Source of the DNA: Octopus vulgaris
Lineage: Eukaryota
Direction: 5' to 3'
DNA length: 64,000 nucleotides
Assembly: GCA_951406725.2 (NCBI GenBank)
Contig: OX597828.1
Span: forward strand, 10,044,001-10,108,000
The notes beneath the pieces were generated by a model. That model worked only from the letters and a program-made list of their open reading frames with translations. It was not told where the DNA came from and searched no databases. The first letter of the stretch is position 1; the number at the start of each line of letters is the position of its first letter. The position numbers and the translations under genes are program-made. This document shows, in pieces, positions 13,295-25,401 of this stretch.

Positions 13295-13482
13295 GTGTGT
13301 ACGGTTGGCGATTTTTTTCCTCTGTCTTCCCTTTTCTGGATCTTTCCTTCTCCTATGTTTCCGACGAAGAGTTCCGCTCGAAACGTTAAACTTTCCTTCT
13401 TTCCTGAGCGTCCAATAATACTATATTTCTTCCACGTCCTCGCGTTGTTGTGTTTTTTTGTGATTCCTTGTTTGGATTAACT
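13295..13482 (+). mobile_element. Short Penelope-like terminal-repeat element with hammerhead variant (CCGACGA core)
   Basis: 13357-13391 reads GTTT-CCGACGA-aGAGt-tcc-GCTC-GAAA-CG-TT-AAAC. Second copy at 17123-17303 (-), fragment at 1885-1950. All abut (TA)n. Confidence 0.65.
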
Positions 13483-13504
13483 TTATATACATATATAAAT
13501 GTAC

Positions 13505-13556
<52 letters not shown>

Positions 13557-13557
<1 letters not shown>

Positions 13558-13714
13558 TTTATTTAAAGCAGCAGAAAATTCAACAAAACCTGTTACTCTG
13601 AGTTTCCCGTTGCTGTTCATCAGACAGTTTTTGCTAGCAAAAACTGTCCGATGAACGTCAACGGGAAACTTAGAGTAACAGGTTTTATTGAATTTTCTGC
13701 TGCTTTAAATAAAG
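13557..13714. repeat. 158-bp loopless palindrome; each arm carries a minimal hammerhead motif
   Basis: Centre TTGCT|AGCAA at 13635/13636. Left arm (-) reads CTGT-CTGATGA-acagcaacgg-GAAA-CTCAGAG-TA-ACAG. Right arm (+) has CCGATGA. Single-arm copy at 60612-60692. Confidence 0.85.
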
Positions 13715-13783
13715 CATATTACTCTACCACTGGTATTTGAATACTCTTTTTTCCACCATGTTTCACATTTATGAGTTTACTCC

Positions 13784-13850
<67 letters not shown>

Positions 13851-13851
13851 G

Positions 13852-14191
13852 TATAGTTCAAATCTACAAAAAAGAAAATAGGAGTCAGGTGGCGGAACAA
13901 CAAACAATTGTATTACTTTGAAGAATTGAAAAGTCTTTGACGTTTCGATCCTCCACTCTTTCACAGAAGAGGTTGAGGCGGGGAAATGGAAAGAGAACGG
14001 AAAAAACCAGACTGAGAAAAGAATGGGCGTAGATTAACTGTTCAACAGGATGTGAAAGTCCAAATATACATATATGTTTGTATATATATGAATATAGGTA
14101 TATATTTCCGTTCTCTTTCCATTTCTCCGCCTCAACCTTTTCTGTGAAAGAGTGGAGGATCGAAACGTCAAAGACATTTCAATTCTTCAAA

Positions 14192-14197
<6 letters not shown>
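13852..14197. mobile_element. Penelope-like terminal repeat with inverted partial copy
   Basis: 13911-14003 is the reverse complement of 14105-14197. 13852-13915 is similar to the Penelope-like terminus at 20048-20111. Hammerhead-like CTTTT-CTGTGAA-agag..gatc-GAAA-CG-TC-AAAG at 14137-14173. Confidence 0.7.
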
Positions 14198-14235
<38 letters not shown>

Positions 14236-14271
14236 AAAAAGGAGATGTGGAACACGAGTTGTGATATATAA

Positions 14272-14645
14272 AAAGGAAATGAAGAAAATGCTGACAAAAT
14301 AATTTACGTAAGGGAGAGTGTATTTAATTAGGTGAAAGTTCTTTTTACCGGTTGCGCATTTGTTATGCTTATCAAAAGATATTTTTTTAAGAGAGAGAGA
14401 GTTCCTTTTCTGATAGATTTTTTTCTCTTATCTGACTTTATGTCGGGTTTGCTGTCTCTTGAGACAGCAAACCCAACATAAAGTCAGATAAGAGAAAAAA
14501 TCTATCAGAAAGGAACTCTATCTCTCTTAAAAAAATATCTTTTGATAAGCATAACAAATGCGCAACCAGTAAAAAGAACTTTCACCTAATTAAATACACT
14601 CTCCCTTACTTAAATTATTTTGTCAGCATTTTCGTCATTTCCTTT
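14272..14645. repeat. ~375-bp near-perfect palindrome (2-nt loop) with degenerate hammerhead architecture
   Basis: Centre GTCTC-TT-GAGAC at 14459-14460. Arm motif TCTT-TTGATAA-GCAT-aacaa-ATGC-GCAA-CCGG-TA-AAAAGA. Flanked by (TA)n. Confidence 0.85.
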
Positions 14646-14650
14646 ATATA

Positions 14651-14700
<50 letters not shown>

Positions 14701-14815
14701 TTATTATGTTGTGTGAAATTTGATTTAGTATTTCTAAATTGAATTTGTTTCGCTGTAAGTTAGGATTAATATTCCCTCAAATGATAATTATATATATATG
14801 TACACACACACACAG

Positions 14816-14865
<50 letters not shown>

Positions 14866-15265
14866 TCATGCATGTGTGTATGTTTGTGTGTGTGTGAAAG
14901 AGAGTGTATGAATATTTACAGACATACACGTACATACGTAAAGGACAACATGTTACAAAACACAGACTATATAGCCGCTTGAATTATACTTTTATTTTAC
15001 TTGATCTCTACTACTTACAAATATCGAATAATTTAGTATAATTATTTTAGTTATTTTTTGTCGAAGATACAACCCATCAAATAACACCCCATACAATTAA
15101 ATACACACACACAAACTTACATACGTATATACATATATGTATGCATACGCACATAAGAAGTTACAAATAGTTGACTTATGTGTGTTTATTAGATGGCATA
15201 TATATATATATACCTTATATATATATATATTTATACATATACATATATATATTTGTATATATATA

Positions 15266-15302
<37 letters not shown>

Positions 15303-15318
15303 GTATATATATGCATAT

Positions 15319-15352
<34 letters not shown>

Positions 15353-15802
15353 GGATACATCCGTACATACATACATACATACATACATACATACATACAT
15401 ACATACATACATACATACTGGTTCCTCTTGAGGGCTTCGCAAAATAAAACCACTACTGTCTGCGTTCGGGCAAGAGACAAAGGAATACCAACATATTGTA
15501 TAGCTACAAAAAACAATTGCCCCTCAGGCTGTGGTAATTATTTACTTTTGTTATGTTCGGATTTATTTACCAAAATTGTTTTGATTTACTCCTAAGAATG
15601 AAACTCAAAATATTTAATATTTCGTTATTCATGTATTTTGTTTCTTATTCTTGGAGTACATTATAAGGCTTTACAGAAGTATATAGATTTTAGTTAGGTT
15701 GTATGCCTGTAAAGATTATAGATATTCACATTCGTTCCTATATTTCCCGAGTTATAAATAGGGAAATGAAGACCTAAGAACACATTCTAAATATGTGGAA
15801 GC

Positions 15803-15863
<61 letters not shown>

Positions 15864-16120
15864 TGTGTAAATATGTATATATATTGAAAAAAATCAACTT
15901 AGAAAGGAAATATTTCTATAAAGAAAGATGCAGTTATTCTAGATGTGGTTTCATATTTGTGGGTGGTAGTGTGGATGAGGTTGCGTGGGAACCGACTTGT
16001 ACTATTAATATGTAATTTTTATGGCAATATATTCTGCAATCAACAAACATTACGAAACCCGCATACACTGACGAATATAAGTGGGATATGTATATTTTCA
16101 CACACACCACATATATATAC

Positions 16121-16161
<41 letters not shown>

Positions 16162-16163
<2 letters not shown>

Positions 16164-17035
16164 GGGCGTCTCTTTTCAATTTTGAAATTTTATTACAAAG
16201 GCAGTTGACAAGATATATTAACCAGATTAGTCTTATTTTAATAATTGTTTACAAAATTGTTTTTAACTGTTATTTAATAGACCTCAATATGGGCACCATT
16301 TGTTGCGCGAAGCACATCAAAACGGTACTCGATCTTTTGCCATGTTCGCTGTAGGATAGCCTCATCAACGGTGGCAATGGCGTTACGAATCCTTTGCTTC
16401 AAGTCAGCAATGCCCTGTATCTTTCCTTGATACATGATATCTTTTACATAATCCCATAAAAAGAAGTCCAAGGGAGTGACATTTGGCGAATGCAGTGGCC
16501 ATGGAATTGGCCCATACCTTCCAAGCCATCGGTCTGGAAATGTTTGATTGAGGAACTGACAAACATGCCGTCCCCAATGTGGCGGTGCACCATCTTGCTG
16601 GAAAATGATGTTTGGTTTAAATCAATCAGCTGTGGTACTACATATTCGGTCAGAAGGTCAGAACATCTGCAGTAATTGTTGCCGCGTTGAAGAAAAATGG
16701 ACCAATTATTCATTTGCAAATGATTCCATACCACACATTCACTTTTGGACTAACCCGTTGAAGATCCCTAGTCACATGGGAGTATTCTGATCCCCAGATC
16801 CTCGCATTGTTTGAACATCCGATTTTGTCTCAATAAACCAGGATACACATTGTGCCTTTTCATGAGGAGTAGCCATTTTATAGGAGTTCAATGAATCAGT
16901 TCCCCTCCATCAACAGAGTATCTGAAACACAAACATTCAATATCAGAAAAACTAAAATAAGACAAATCTTGTTAAAATATCTCAACTGCCTTTGTAATAA
17001 TTTTTTTAATTGTAAAGAGACTTTATGGACACCCT

Positions 17036-17036
<1 letters not shown>
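16162..17036 (-). mobile_element. Internally deleted Tc1/mariner-superfamily transposon, DD41D (rosa/Visitor-type)
   Basis: TA|CAGGGCGTC... and ...GACACCCTG|TA with ~80-bp imperfect TIRs. Frame FQQDGAPPHWGRHVCQFLNQTFPDRWLGRYGPIPWPLHSPNVTPLDFFLWDYVK has 41 residues between the second and third catalytic Asp. Confidence 0.9.
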
Positions 17037-17122
<86 letters not shown>

Positions 17123-17126
<4 letters not shown>

Positions 17127-17303
17127 ATCCAAACAAGAAAACACAAACAAACACAACAACGCGAGGACGGGGACAAATATAGTATTATTGGACGCTCAAG
17201 AAAGAAGGAAAGAAGTAGGGTTTAACGTTTCGAGCGGAGCTCTTCGTCGGAAACATAGGAGAAGGAAAGATCCCGAGAAGTGAAGACAGAGGAAAAAATC
17301 GAG
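17123..17303 (-). mobile_element. Second copy of the CCGACGA-hammerhead short element
   Basis: Reverse complement of 13310-13482. Motif at 17254-17220 reads GTTT-CCGACGA-aGAGC-tcc-GCTC-GAAA-CG-TT-AAAC. (TA)n on both sides. Confidence 0.7.
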
Positions 17304-17306
17304 GTC

Positions 17307-17352
<46 letters not shown>

Positions 17353-17950
17353 ATGTATGTATGTATGTATGTTTGTATGTATGTGGGAGCGTTTGTGCGT
17401 TTCGTCGTATCCACATTATAAAAATGATGCAAACAAATAAAATACATTATATATAGATATAAACACACACACACATATATATATGTATGTGTGTGTGTGT
17501 GTGCGTGTGTGTGTGTTATTGCATATATATGTATGTGTGTGTGTGTGAGTGTGTGTTTGTGTTTGTGTATACACATACATATATATGGTTATAGATAGAT
17601 GTAGATGTACTCATACTTCCAGTCGAAATAATTCCTGTCTCTGATGAACTGCTTTTGTTGTTAGCATGCATATCAACATGATATAGTTATGAAAAACGTA
17701 AGAGTACATTCATAATTTAAGCAGTAACCATTAACAATTTCTTCATATTAATAACTAGGAACCATGCCCGGACGTCTACAAATTTCATTTAATGAATACT
17801 TGGTTTCGTGTTCTATTCCAATAGAAAGCACTTCGTCAAATGTGGACTACATATCCCGACGGTCACTAATGACTTGCAAGTCGCACACTTGCACGCAAAC
17901 TCATCAGGCAAAAACATATTCTCACGCGAGCACAAACACACATATACATA

Positions 17951-18340
17951 TAGGCGCAGGCTTGGACGTGTTTGTAAGAAGCTTGCTTTCCAAACATATG
18001 GGTTCAGTTGCACTGCGTGACAACTTGGGCTGGTGTCTTCTACTACAGCCCCGAGCCGACCAAAATCTTGTGAGTGCATTTGATAGACATAAATTGAAAG
18101 AACATTGTCATATATATATATATATATATATTTGTGTTTGTGTGTTTGTTCCCCCGCCATTACTTGACAACCGATGTTGGTGCATTTAAGTCTGAGTGAC
18201 TTAGCGGTTCGGCAAACATAAAATAAGTAACAGGCTTACAAGGGATAAGTTCAGGGAAGAAATTTTCGACTAAAATGTGGTGCTTCAGCAGGGCTACAGT
18301 CAAAACGACTGAAACAAGTAAACGAATACATGAATAAAGA
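17951..18340 (+). mobile_element. Family-1 tRNA-derived SINE (diverged)
   Basis: TAGGCGCAGG head, internal (TA)n(TG)n, 3' end GACTGAAACAAGTAAA. Colinear with 36017-36475. Confidence 0.85.
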
Positions 18341-18586
18341 ACATATAGAGGTACTTATAGAGTCCCAGCTATATAATATGCAAATCGTTACAGTTCCCTT
18401 TAGCAAAGGGAAAACGTGTAATGAGAATAAGTAATACAAAGGAGCTTCCATTTACCTGTTTATATATATATATAAGTATATATATATATATATATATATA
18501 TTTAAACATAATACTTAGGGTAATAATAAATTATTATTACCAGTGGCCTAGCACAAAAAAACGAATTATATATTATTCATATAGAA

Positions 18587-18830
18587 ATACAATAAGAGGC
18601 TTCCAAATAGGAAAGCGTTGTGCTAGAAAGAGCAGTAGAAATCTCAAAAACCACAAAAAAACAGGATAAATTCTCGAAAGGAATGAAAAATAAAAACGTC
18701 GGAAATAGTTGTGATGGTAAACGTTTTTAATTTTCATTCCTTTCGAGAATTTATCCTTTTATGTGGCTTTTGAGATTTCTACTGCTCCTTCTAGAACAAC
18801 GCTTTCCCATTTGGAAGCCTCTTATTGTAT
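18587..18830. repeat. Inverted repeat, ~110-bp arms, ~21-nt spacer
   Basis: 18587-18699 is the near reverse complement of 18721-18830. Lies between (TA)n tracts. Confidence 0.85.
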
Positions 18831-18989
18831 ATACATATATATATATATACATACATACATTCATACACACACACACACACACACACTTATATATATTTAT
18901 ATAAAAAATTTTATGTATTGGATTAAGTCTTTCTTTGTTTGATTTGCATAATAGTGGTTTTGTCTCTAATTAATATTATATTATATTTT

Positions 18990-19057
18990 ACTATAAAATT
19001 GGATTCAATCCTAAATCTGATTTTTCCCTGTAAATTTGGATTTATTCCCTAATATTT

Positions 19058-19072
<15 letters not shown>
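18990..19072. repeat. Short dispersed repeat embedded in (TA)n
   Basis: AAATTGGATT...CTAAATCTGATTTTTCCCTGTAAATTTGGATTTATTCCCTAAT resembles 14716-14790. Confidence 0.5.
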
Positions 19073-19099
<27 letters not shown>

Positions 19100-20047
19100 A
19101 TCTGATAGATATTTCATAATGTGTGGTTCAAAGTTTACTAATTTCTTGCTAAGCTACTACCAGTAGTCTGTAAAAGTGTCTAAATATTCCCTTCTGAACC
19201 TGGAAGGGTTATTTGGAAATATATTTTGTTTTTCGCAACCTAAGGGCTTTGTTCAGTAAACCCAATACCATCTACTACATTCGAACACGAGACAACACAG
19301 TTTCTTTACTTTCTGACACAGTCCTCCCTTAGGCGTGCGAAATATACATTTTTTTTTTATTTTTGTTCTTTTTATTTATCAATTCACTATTAACAAGGAA
19401 AGAGAAGGGGAAATATTTTATCCGCTATTCGGATGTTTATACGTAGAGAAAATTGCGTAAATATATTTATGTAAGTGTGTTTTTGCTGTGTACGGATGTA
19501 TATGTGTGTGTCTCAGAGAGAAAATGTGAGAGAGAGAGAATGAGAGAGAGAGAGACAATAAGAGCGAGAGAGAGTGTGGAGGGGGGAATTAGGGAGAAGA
19601 AATAGGAAAACAGTTTATACAGACGTCTTATATCGATAAAGATTATTATATTCACATTTGTTATGTTTCCTGCTCCAATATAAGATAAAAATAAAGAATT
19701 GAAGACGTAAGATAAACAAACAAAAAAATGGTCTAACCATGCAGAAGCCAATATATATTAGTGTTATATTTTCATGAAGAATCCCTTCATAAGATATTCT
19801 CAAAATGCGTCTACATAGCCTTACTGCAAGAAGCTTATATTTTTGCGTTTCACAAATTCCCTAATATCTATATATTATATGTATATTAAAACTTATCTCA
19901 TTATTTTTCACTGTGGAGATCAGTTATAAGGTCTAGTGGCAACTATATACGCGTGCATCTTCGTGTGTGCCATTATGTATTTGTACAAATATACATGTTA
20001 TTTTGTGTGTATGTTGTGTGTGTATGTGTATATATGTGGGGTGGTAT

Positions 20048-21292
20048 ATAGTCCAAATTCATAGTAAAAAAGAGGCGAAGTCAGTTCGAGGAACAACAAG
20101 CAATTGTATTAGATTGATGATCGGGTAAAATGGGAAAGGTTTTTAGGTTTCGAGCATACGCACTTCGACAGAAAGGAACAAGAAGAAATAAATATAGAGA
20201 ATGAGAAAAACCTGTTGGGTTCAGTGGTCCAACACGGTGATGTTTGCGAAAAGGAGGTTGAATTAAAGGGAAATAATTCATATTGATCCCAAGAAGAGGA
20301 GGTGCAGAAGCGAGTTCGTGTCTGTGAGAATGGTGTGCGTGAGCGTGTACGTGTGTATGTGTGAATGAGGTGAGTAAGTCTGACGTGTGGGTGTATGTGC
20401 GTGTGTAATGTGTGTGTAACGTGCGTGTATACGTGTGCGAGTGTTGTGTCTAGCTGCTGATGTGCGCTTTTACATGTGGTGAGTGTACATGTGTATGGGT
20501 GTGTGTCTATTTTATGTACGTGGGAAAAATGTTATTTCTGCCTGTGTGTGATGCGTGTGTGCGTATGTGTATGTATTGTCTGTGTTCAGGTGTTACGTGC
20601 TTCTGTGTGTGTGTGAGTATATAGTGCTTGTTTTCAGTTATTATGTGCTTGTGAGGGTGTGGTAATGTGCATGACGGTGTTTGGGATGTGTACTGAGTTA
20701 AACAGTGTGCGTGGCTGCTCATAGAATGGTATGTGTGATGACGCTATTGAAGATTGTGTGAATGTGCGTGAAGATAATGGTGTTTTGTGTTGGTGCTGAA
20801 AAGTGTGTGTGAATGGGAAGGTGTTGTGGGCGTGTGTGTAATGCTGTGTGAAGTGAATGATGAGTGGAACAGTGTGTATGGGTCTATGTAGAGCATGTGA
20901 GTGAGGAAACCGAGGTGGGAGTATACTGGTGTGTAGGTGGAGATGTTGAGTGGTAATCTAGCTTGGATTGATCTCAAATGAAACGAGAGGATGAGATTGA
21001 AGTCAGATGAAGAGAAGAAGTGAGTTGAGCCCATATGGCGCAAAGGAATGAAGAGACAAGATAAATTTCTGTTCACAGCGAAGGCAGGAGTCCGGCTGGA
21101 ACCCTGTGTAGAGACTGTCCGAACGCAGACATATGTCCTAGAGAATGACAGGTAGAGCAGAAATGACGGGAGACCTAGGTGCCGTTGCTGAGTCTGATGT
21201 CCCGGAGGTTCTCCGCGAAACAGTCAGCCAGGCGTCGTATAGTTTTGCCCAATGTACAGCAAAGAAAAGAAAGCGGGAGACGCAGATGACAC
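20048..21292 (-). mobile_element. 5'-truncated Penelope-like retroelement (GIY-YIG remnant, CA-rich 3' region, terminal repeat with hammerhead-like motif)
   Basis: Endonuclease remnant at 21003-21290. Terminal motif at 20174-20141 reads TTT-CTGTCGA-agtGC-gtat-GCtc-GAAA-CC-TA-AAA. Confidence 0.85.
21003..21290 (-). pseudogene. GIY-YIG endonuclease C-terminal remnant (Penelope-type)
   Basis: Across two frameshifts and a stop it reads [80 protein letters not shown]. This matches the YIG-T-R-L..R..EH...HF..H...E...GLN pattern. Confidence 0.85.
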
Positions 21293-21315
21293 TATACATA
21301 CGCACAGGCATACAT

Positions 21316-21356
<41 letters not shown>

Positions 21357-21487
21357 CGTGTGTGTGTGTGTGTGTATATGTGTATGTATAGATAAACTTA
21401 CTTGGAAATGGATGCGTGGTGTTCAATCATATAATAATATAAATATAAATATCCATATCTATGCACATATACATATATCTACAAACT

Positions 21488-21546
<59 letters not shown>

Positions 21547-21573
21547 GTATATATATATGCATATAGATGCATA

Positions 21574-21620
<47 letters not shown>

Positions 21621-21625
21621 ATACT

Positions 21626-21656
<31 letters not shown>

Positions 21657-22379
21657 TATTCATATTGTTATATGATTGAACGCCACGCAAACATTTTCAA
21701 GTACGTTTATCATAATTTTGATGCGACTCTTCCCTGTAATGTTCTTTCTCTTCCTACCGTAGCTTGTATGTGTTCCTAACGTACTTTTAATAGAACTTTC
21801 ATACATTAGTAGGAAATGTTTGACTTATAATTATGTTATATAAGGATATCATGTAATATCACATAAAATACATCATTGTCAAATGGTCTATACTCCACTC
21901 CCTACCAAATTAATTAGCTGGACCTCTAGTAGACTACATTATTTATTAAACTTCCATTAGAACTGTAGCTGCAAATTTTGAAAGTACAGGAAAGTTTGAT
22001 TTGTGGGAATATGATTTGTGGGAATATAAGTGTATTCAAAAAAGAACAACCCACAAGAGAATTATTTCACCGCAGATTTCATAAAATATCCACGAGGTCA
22101 TTTTTCAATCACGACAGCTAAAAATATACGGAAGTGTTGGTTAGTAATAGGCTCCTTAGCACAGCTTGACAAGATCGTGATAGCATACGCTGTTTTAGTA
22201 AATATTAAGCATTCCTTTCATTAAGACGGAATCTTAAATGCAACAAATGGTAGAGAGTGGTGGATGATCAAGGTTAGGCAAATTCTAAATCGCTCGATGT
22301 TCATGTACCTATGTGTGTGTGTAAACATACCGGTATTTATATATAATATATTTATATAATATATATACATTTATATATT

Positions 22380-22423
<44 letters not shown>

Positions 22424-22466
22424 CATACATACATATGTATGTATGTATATATATATGTGTGTGTGC

Positions 22467-22507
<41 letters not shown>

Positions 22508-25401
22508 TATGTATGTATGTATATATATATATATGTTTGTGTGTGCGTATATATATATATGCTCACATATACATATAGACAGTGTATAATAGTATTTGTA
22601 TTTCTACATGTGTGTATGTAGCTTTTAGTCTTCGTGTACTTTCGTGTTTAAGAGTTGTGTATTATATACTTGCTTAATTTAAATGCTTTGTACTGGTTGT
22701 TAAGATATAATTATCGTTTAAAATATAACTCGCTCATAATATTTGTTGAATTGTTTAAAAGGTGACAACGTAAAACGTACAGAAGTAAATCGTTATTTTA
22801 TAGATTTAAAATACTTTCGGAGATTATGTTTTAGACTTCTTTCTTAAGTCCGGAAAATACTGACATATGAGCGTTCTGTATTTCCTTGAGGACATTGAAG
22901 ATCGAATGTAAAAGGGCAAAGATTAAGTGCCCTGAATTCTAAGCTGATTAAATTGGCAGCAGATGTGTTCTGCTGCTTTGCTTGATCATTTGCGAAACGA
23001 CACAAACGAATAGCTTGAGAGAAAATATTTCCGAATTGAAAGAAGTAGCCCCTGCTATTAAAATAATGATTTAGAAAACCTCTTTATCTGACGGCGACAC
23101 ATACAACACATCACCTTTCAAATATACTATTATTATAAGAGAGCATATATATTTGTGTGTGTGTGTGCGTGTGTGTGTTTGCGTGTTTGTATATAGAGAG
23201 ATATAGAGATGCATACTTAGATTTAGGTATATCTACATACATATATAAATATGTGTGCGTATATACCTAGATATATATGTGCTTCCCTATATCTATCTCT
23301 CTCTGTATTTGTTTGTGTTTGTGAATATATGTGTATACGTATAGTTGTATGATGCGATATATTGAGTTGTATTCCTTGCGCCAATGTAAGTTATCTATGT
23401 GATAACAGGAAATTAATATTTTCAGGAATAAGTTCTAACTAAATTCTCACACATAAAATAAAGTGTTTTGTCCATATGTACATTCTTGCGTATTCTTTAA
23501 CTAAAGATACTCTGGTATATTGTATTATTCGTACAGACAATTTTCCTATAAAACTCTACAAATTAAATTTTGCATACTGTGACAACAAGAATCTCACCTT
23601 TTTCCAAATATTATATGCATGAGACAAAACTCGTCACTTGCTATAAAAAATTTTCAAGCTGTTTTGCGAAGAGTAGTCTGTCACTTTTCTTTGCACATAT
23701 CAAATTCGGTTGTTAGTAGAGTGTTGATTAAGGCAGAGTTTATCGCTAGCTTTGGGAAATTTTCCTTGGGTAGTTTTTAAGTGGGATACAAAATCGAGCA
23801 AGTAGATTCCGATGTTTAGGACAATTACGATACTTTTTCTCAGAAACGTTTTAAAGTTGTCCAAAGCCAGTGTAAAATGAATTATATGAACTCTGTAGTA
23901 TTCTTGGATTAATAAAATAAATAAGTACCAATAGATATTAACATTTATAATGAAACTGCTCTGGACTTGTGTTTGGCAATTTCAAAGCCATTGTTGTTGG
24001 GTATAATAGATTTACGTTAACCTCATCACATTATTGAGTTGTACCTGTTTGTTTGATCCAAAAGGACGTAAGTGAATGTGGGTTTAAAATCAGTATGCAA
24101 TCAAACACACACCATAGAGCATGTGAGGTGAACACAATCATTCTACCTACTTGAAATAGCCATTTCACATATAAGGCAGTTTGACAGATCTTAGTTCTGT
24201 GAGAGAGAGACACATAAGCGTACGCAATTGCCTAGTTTATAAAATATTTCATTTCAGCAATCATCTATTTGGAATATGCTATCAAATATTAAAACGTTCA
24301 TTTAAAAGTGATGGAGAAAGAGAAATAGTGTTATATAAAGTTTTAATAGACATACCACACTGCATCAATATATATTCAATATTTCGTATAGTTATCTCTG
24401 TCTTATTGTATGAAATATAACGATGGATGATTCCAATCGAAAGAGATAGGGAATTATCCATGTTAATGAAGTTTTGACTGTTTTAAATGAAAAATAAGAA
24501 ATGAAACCAACGCCGCTGAAAAAATCCACCCTTGCTCTTCAACATTTTACTCTTTTCTCAATTTTTTCTTTCTTTGTTGATGTTTAAGGAACCATCGGCA
24601 TCTTTTAAATTTGATGCGAATGTTTTGCAAAAATAGATACGTTCAATCATGTCTATTCATCCAACTAACAAATGTTACTCATGCTATGGTTCCTGTTGCA
24701 AATAAATAAAACAGTAATGAGTGATACAATGGAAAATTGAGAATTTTGACAAAACGAGATAAATAAGATGGACACACCATAGACATCGTCTGATTATAGC
24801 GCCTCATGTTTTCAGCGGACTATGACGCGAGAGGCGGTTGATATTTCGATATAATATGATACACTGCTGTTATGATAGACTTGAATATTGCATACAGGAG
24901 CCAATGTTATGGTCAGCCAACTTCCTTATACTAAATATGATATAGTACGATATTCAAGAATTGGATATGAACTACTGGCTGAGTTTGTTAGTACGGAAGA
25001 TGAAACCCAAACACAATCAATGGAAAATCATATGAAAATTATCAGGTCAGCAAATACGCTACGGTCAATGATTGACTTACAGTTTTGGAAGTCTATTTCG
25101 ATATAAAGACCAGAAAATGTTAACGTTTTCCAAACAATGTTGCAGGGCGCAGTAAACTTTATTGCAAAAGTTAATTATTCGACTTCTCTAAGAAGATAAT
25201 TCTATCTTTAATTATTATGTAACATTGTCATTATTAATATGTTTGGCGTCTCGTAACGCATTTTGAAAAGATCTACCATGTACAAAAATGTTGTTGCGAT
25301 GGTGCATAGAGAATAATTGTTAGGATTAGCTAAACTTATAAATAAATTGCAACTTTAAAAATGCTTACCTTGTTTATGAATTTCGCCTAAATTTGGTTGT
25401 A

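Noticed and set aside
24888-25180. ORF with LQFWK resembling a hAT dimerisation domain
   Set aside because: Only a five-residue resemblance; the downstream conserved residues are missing.
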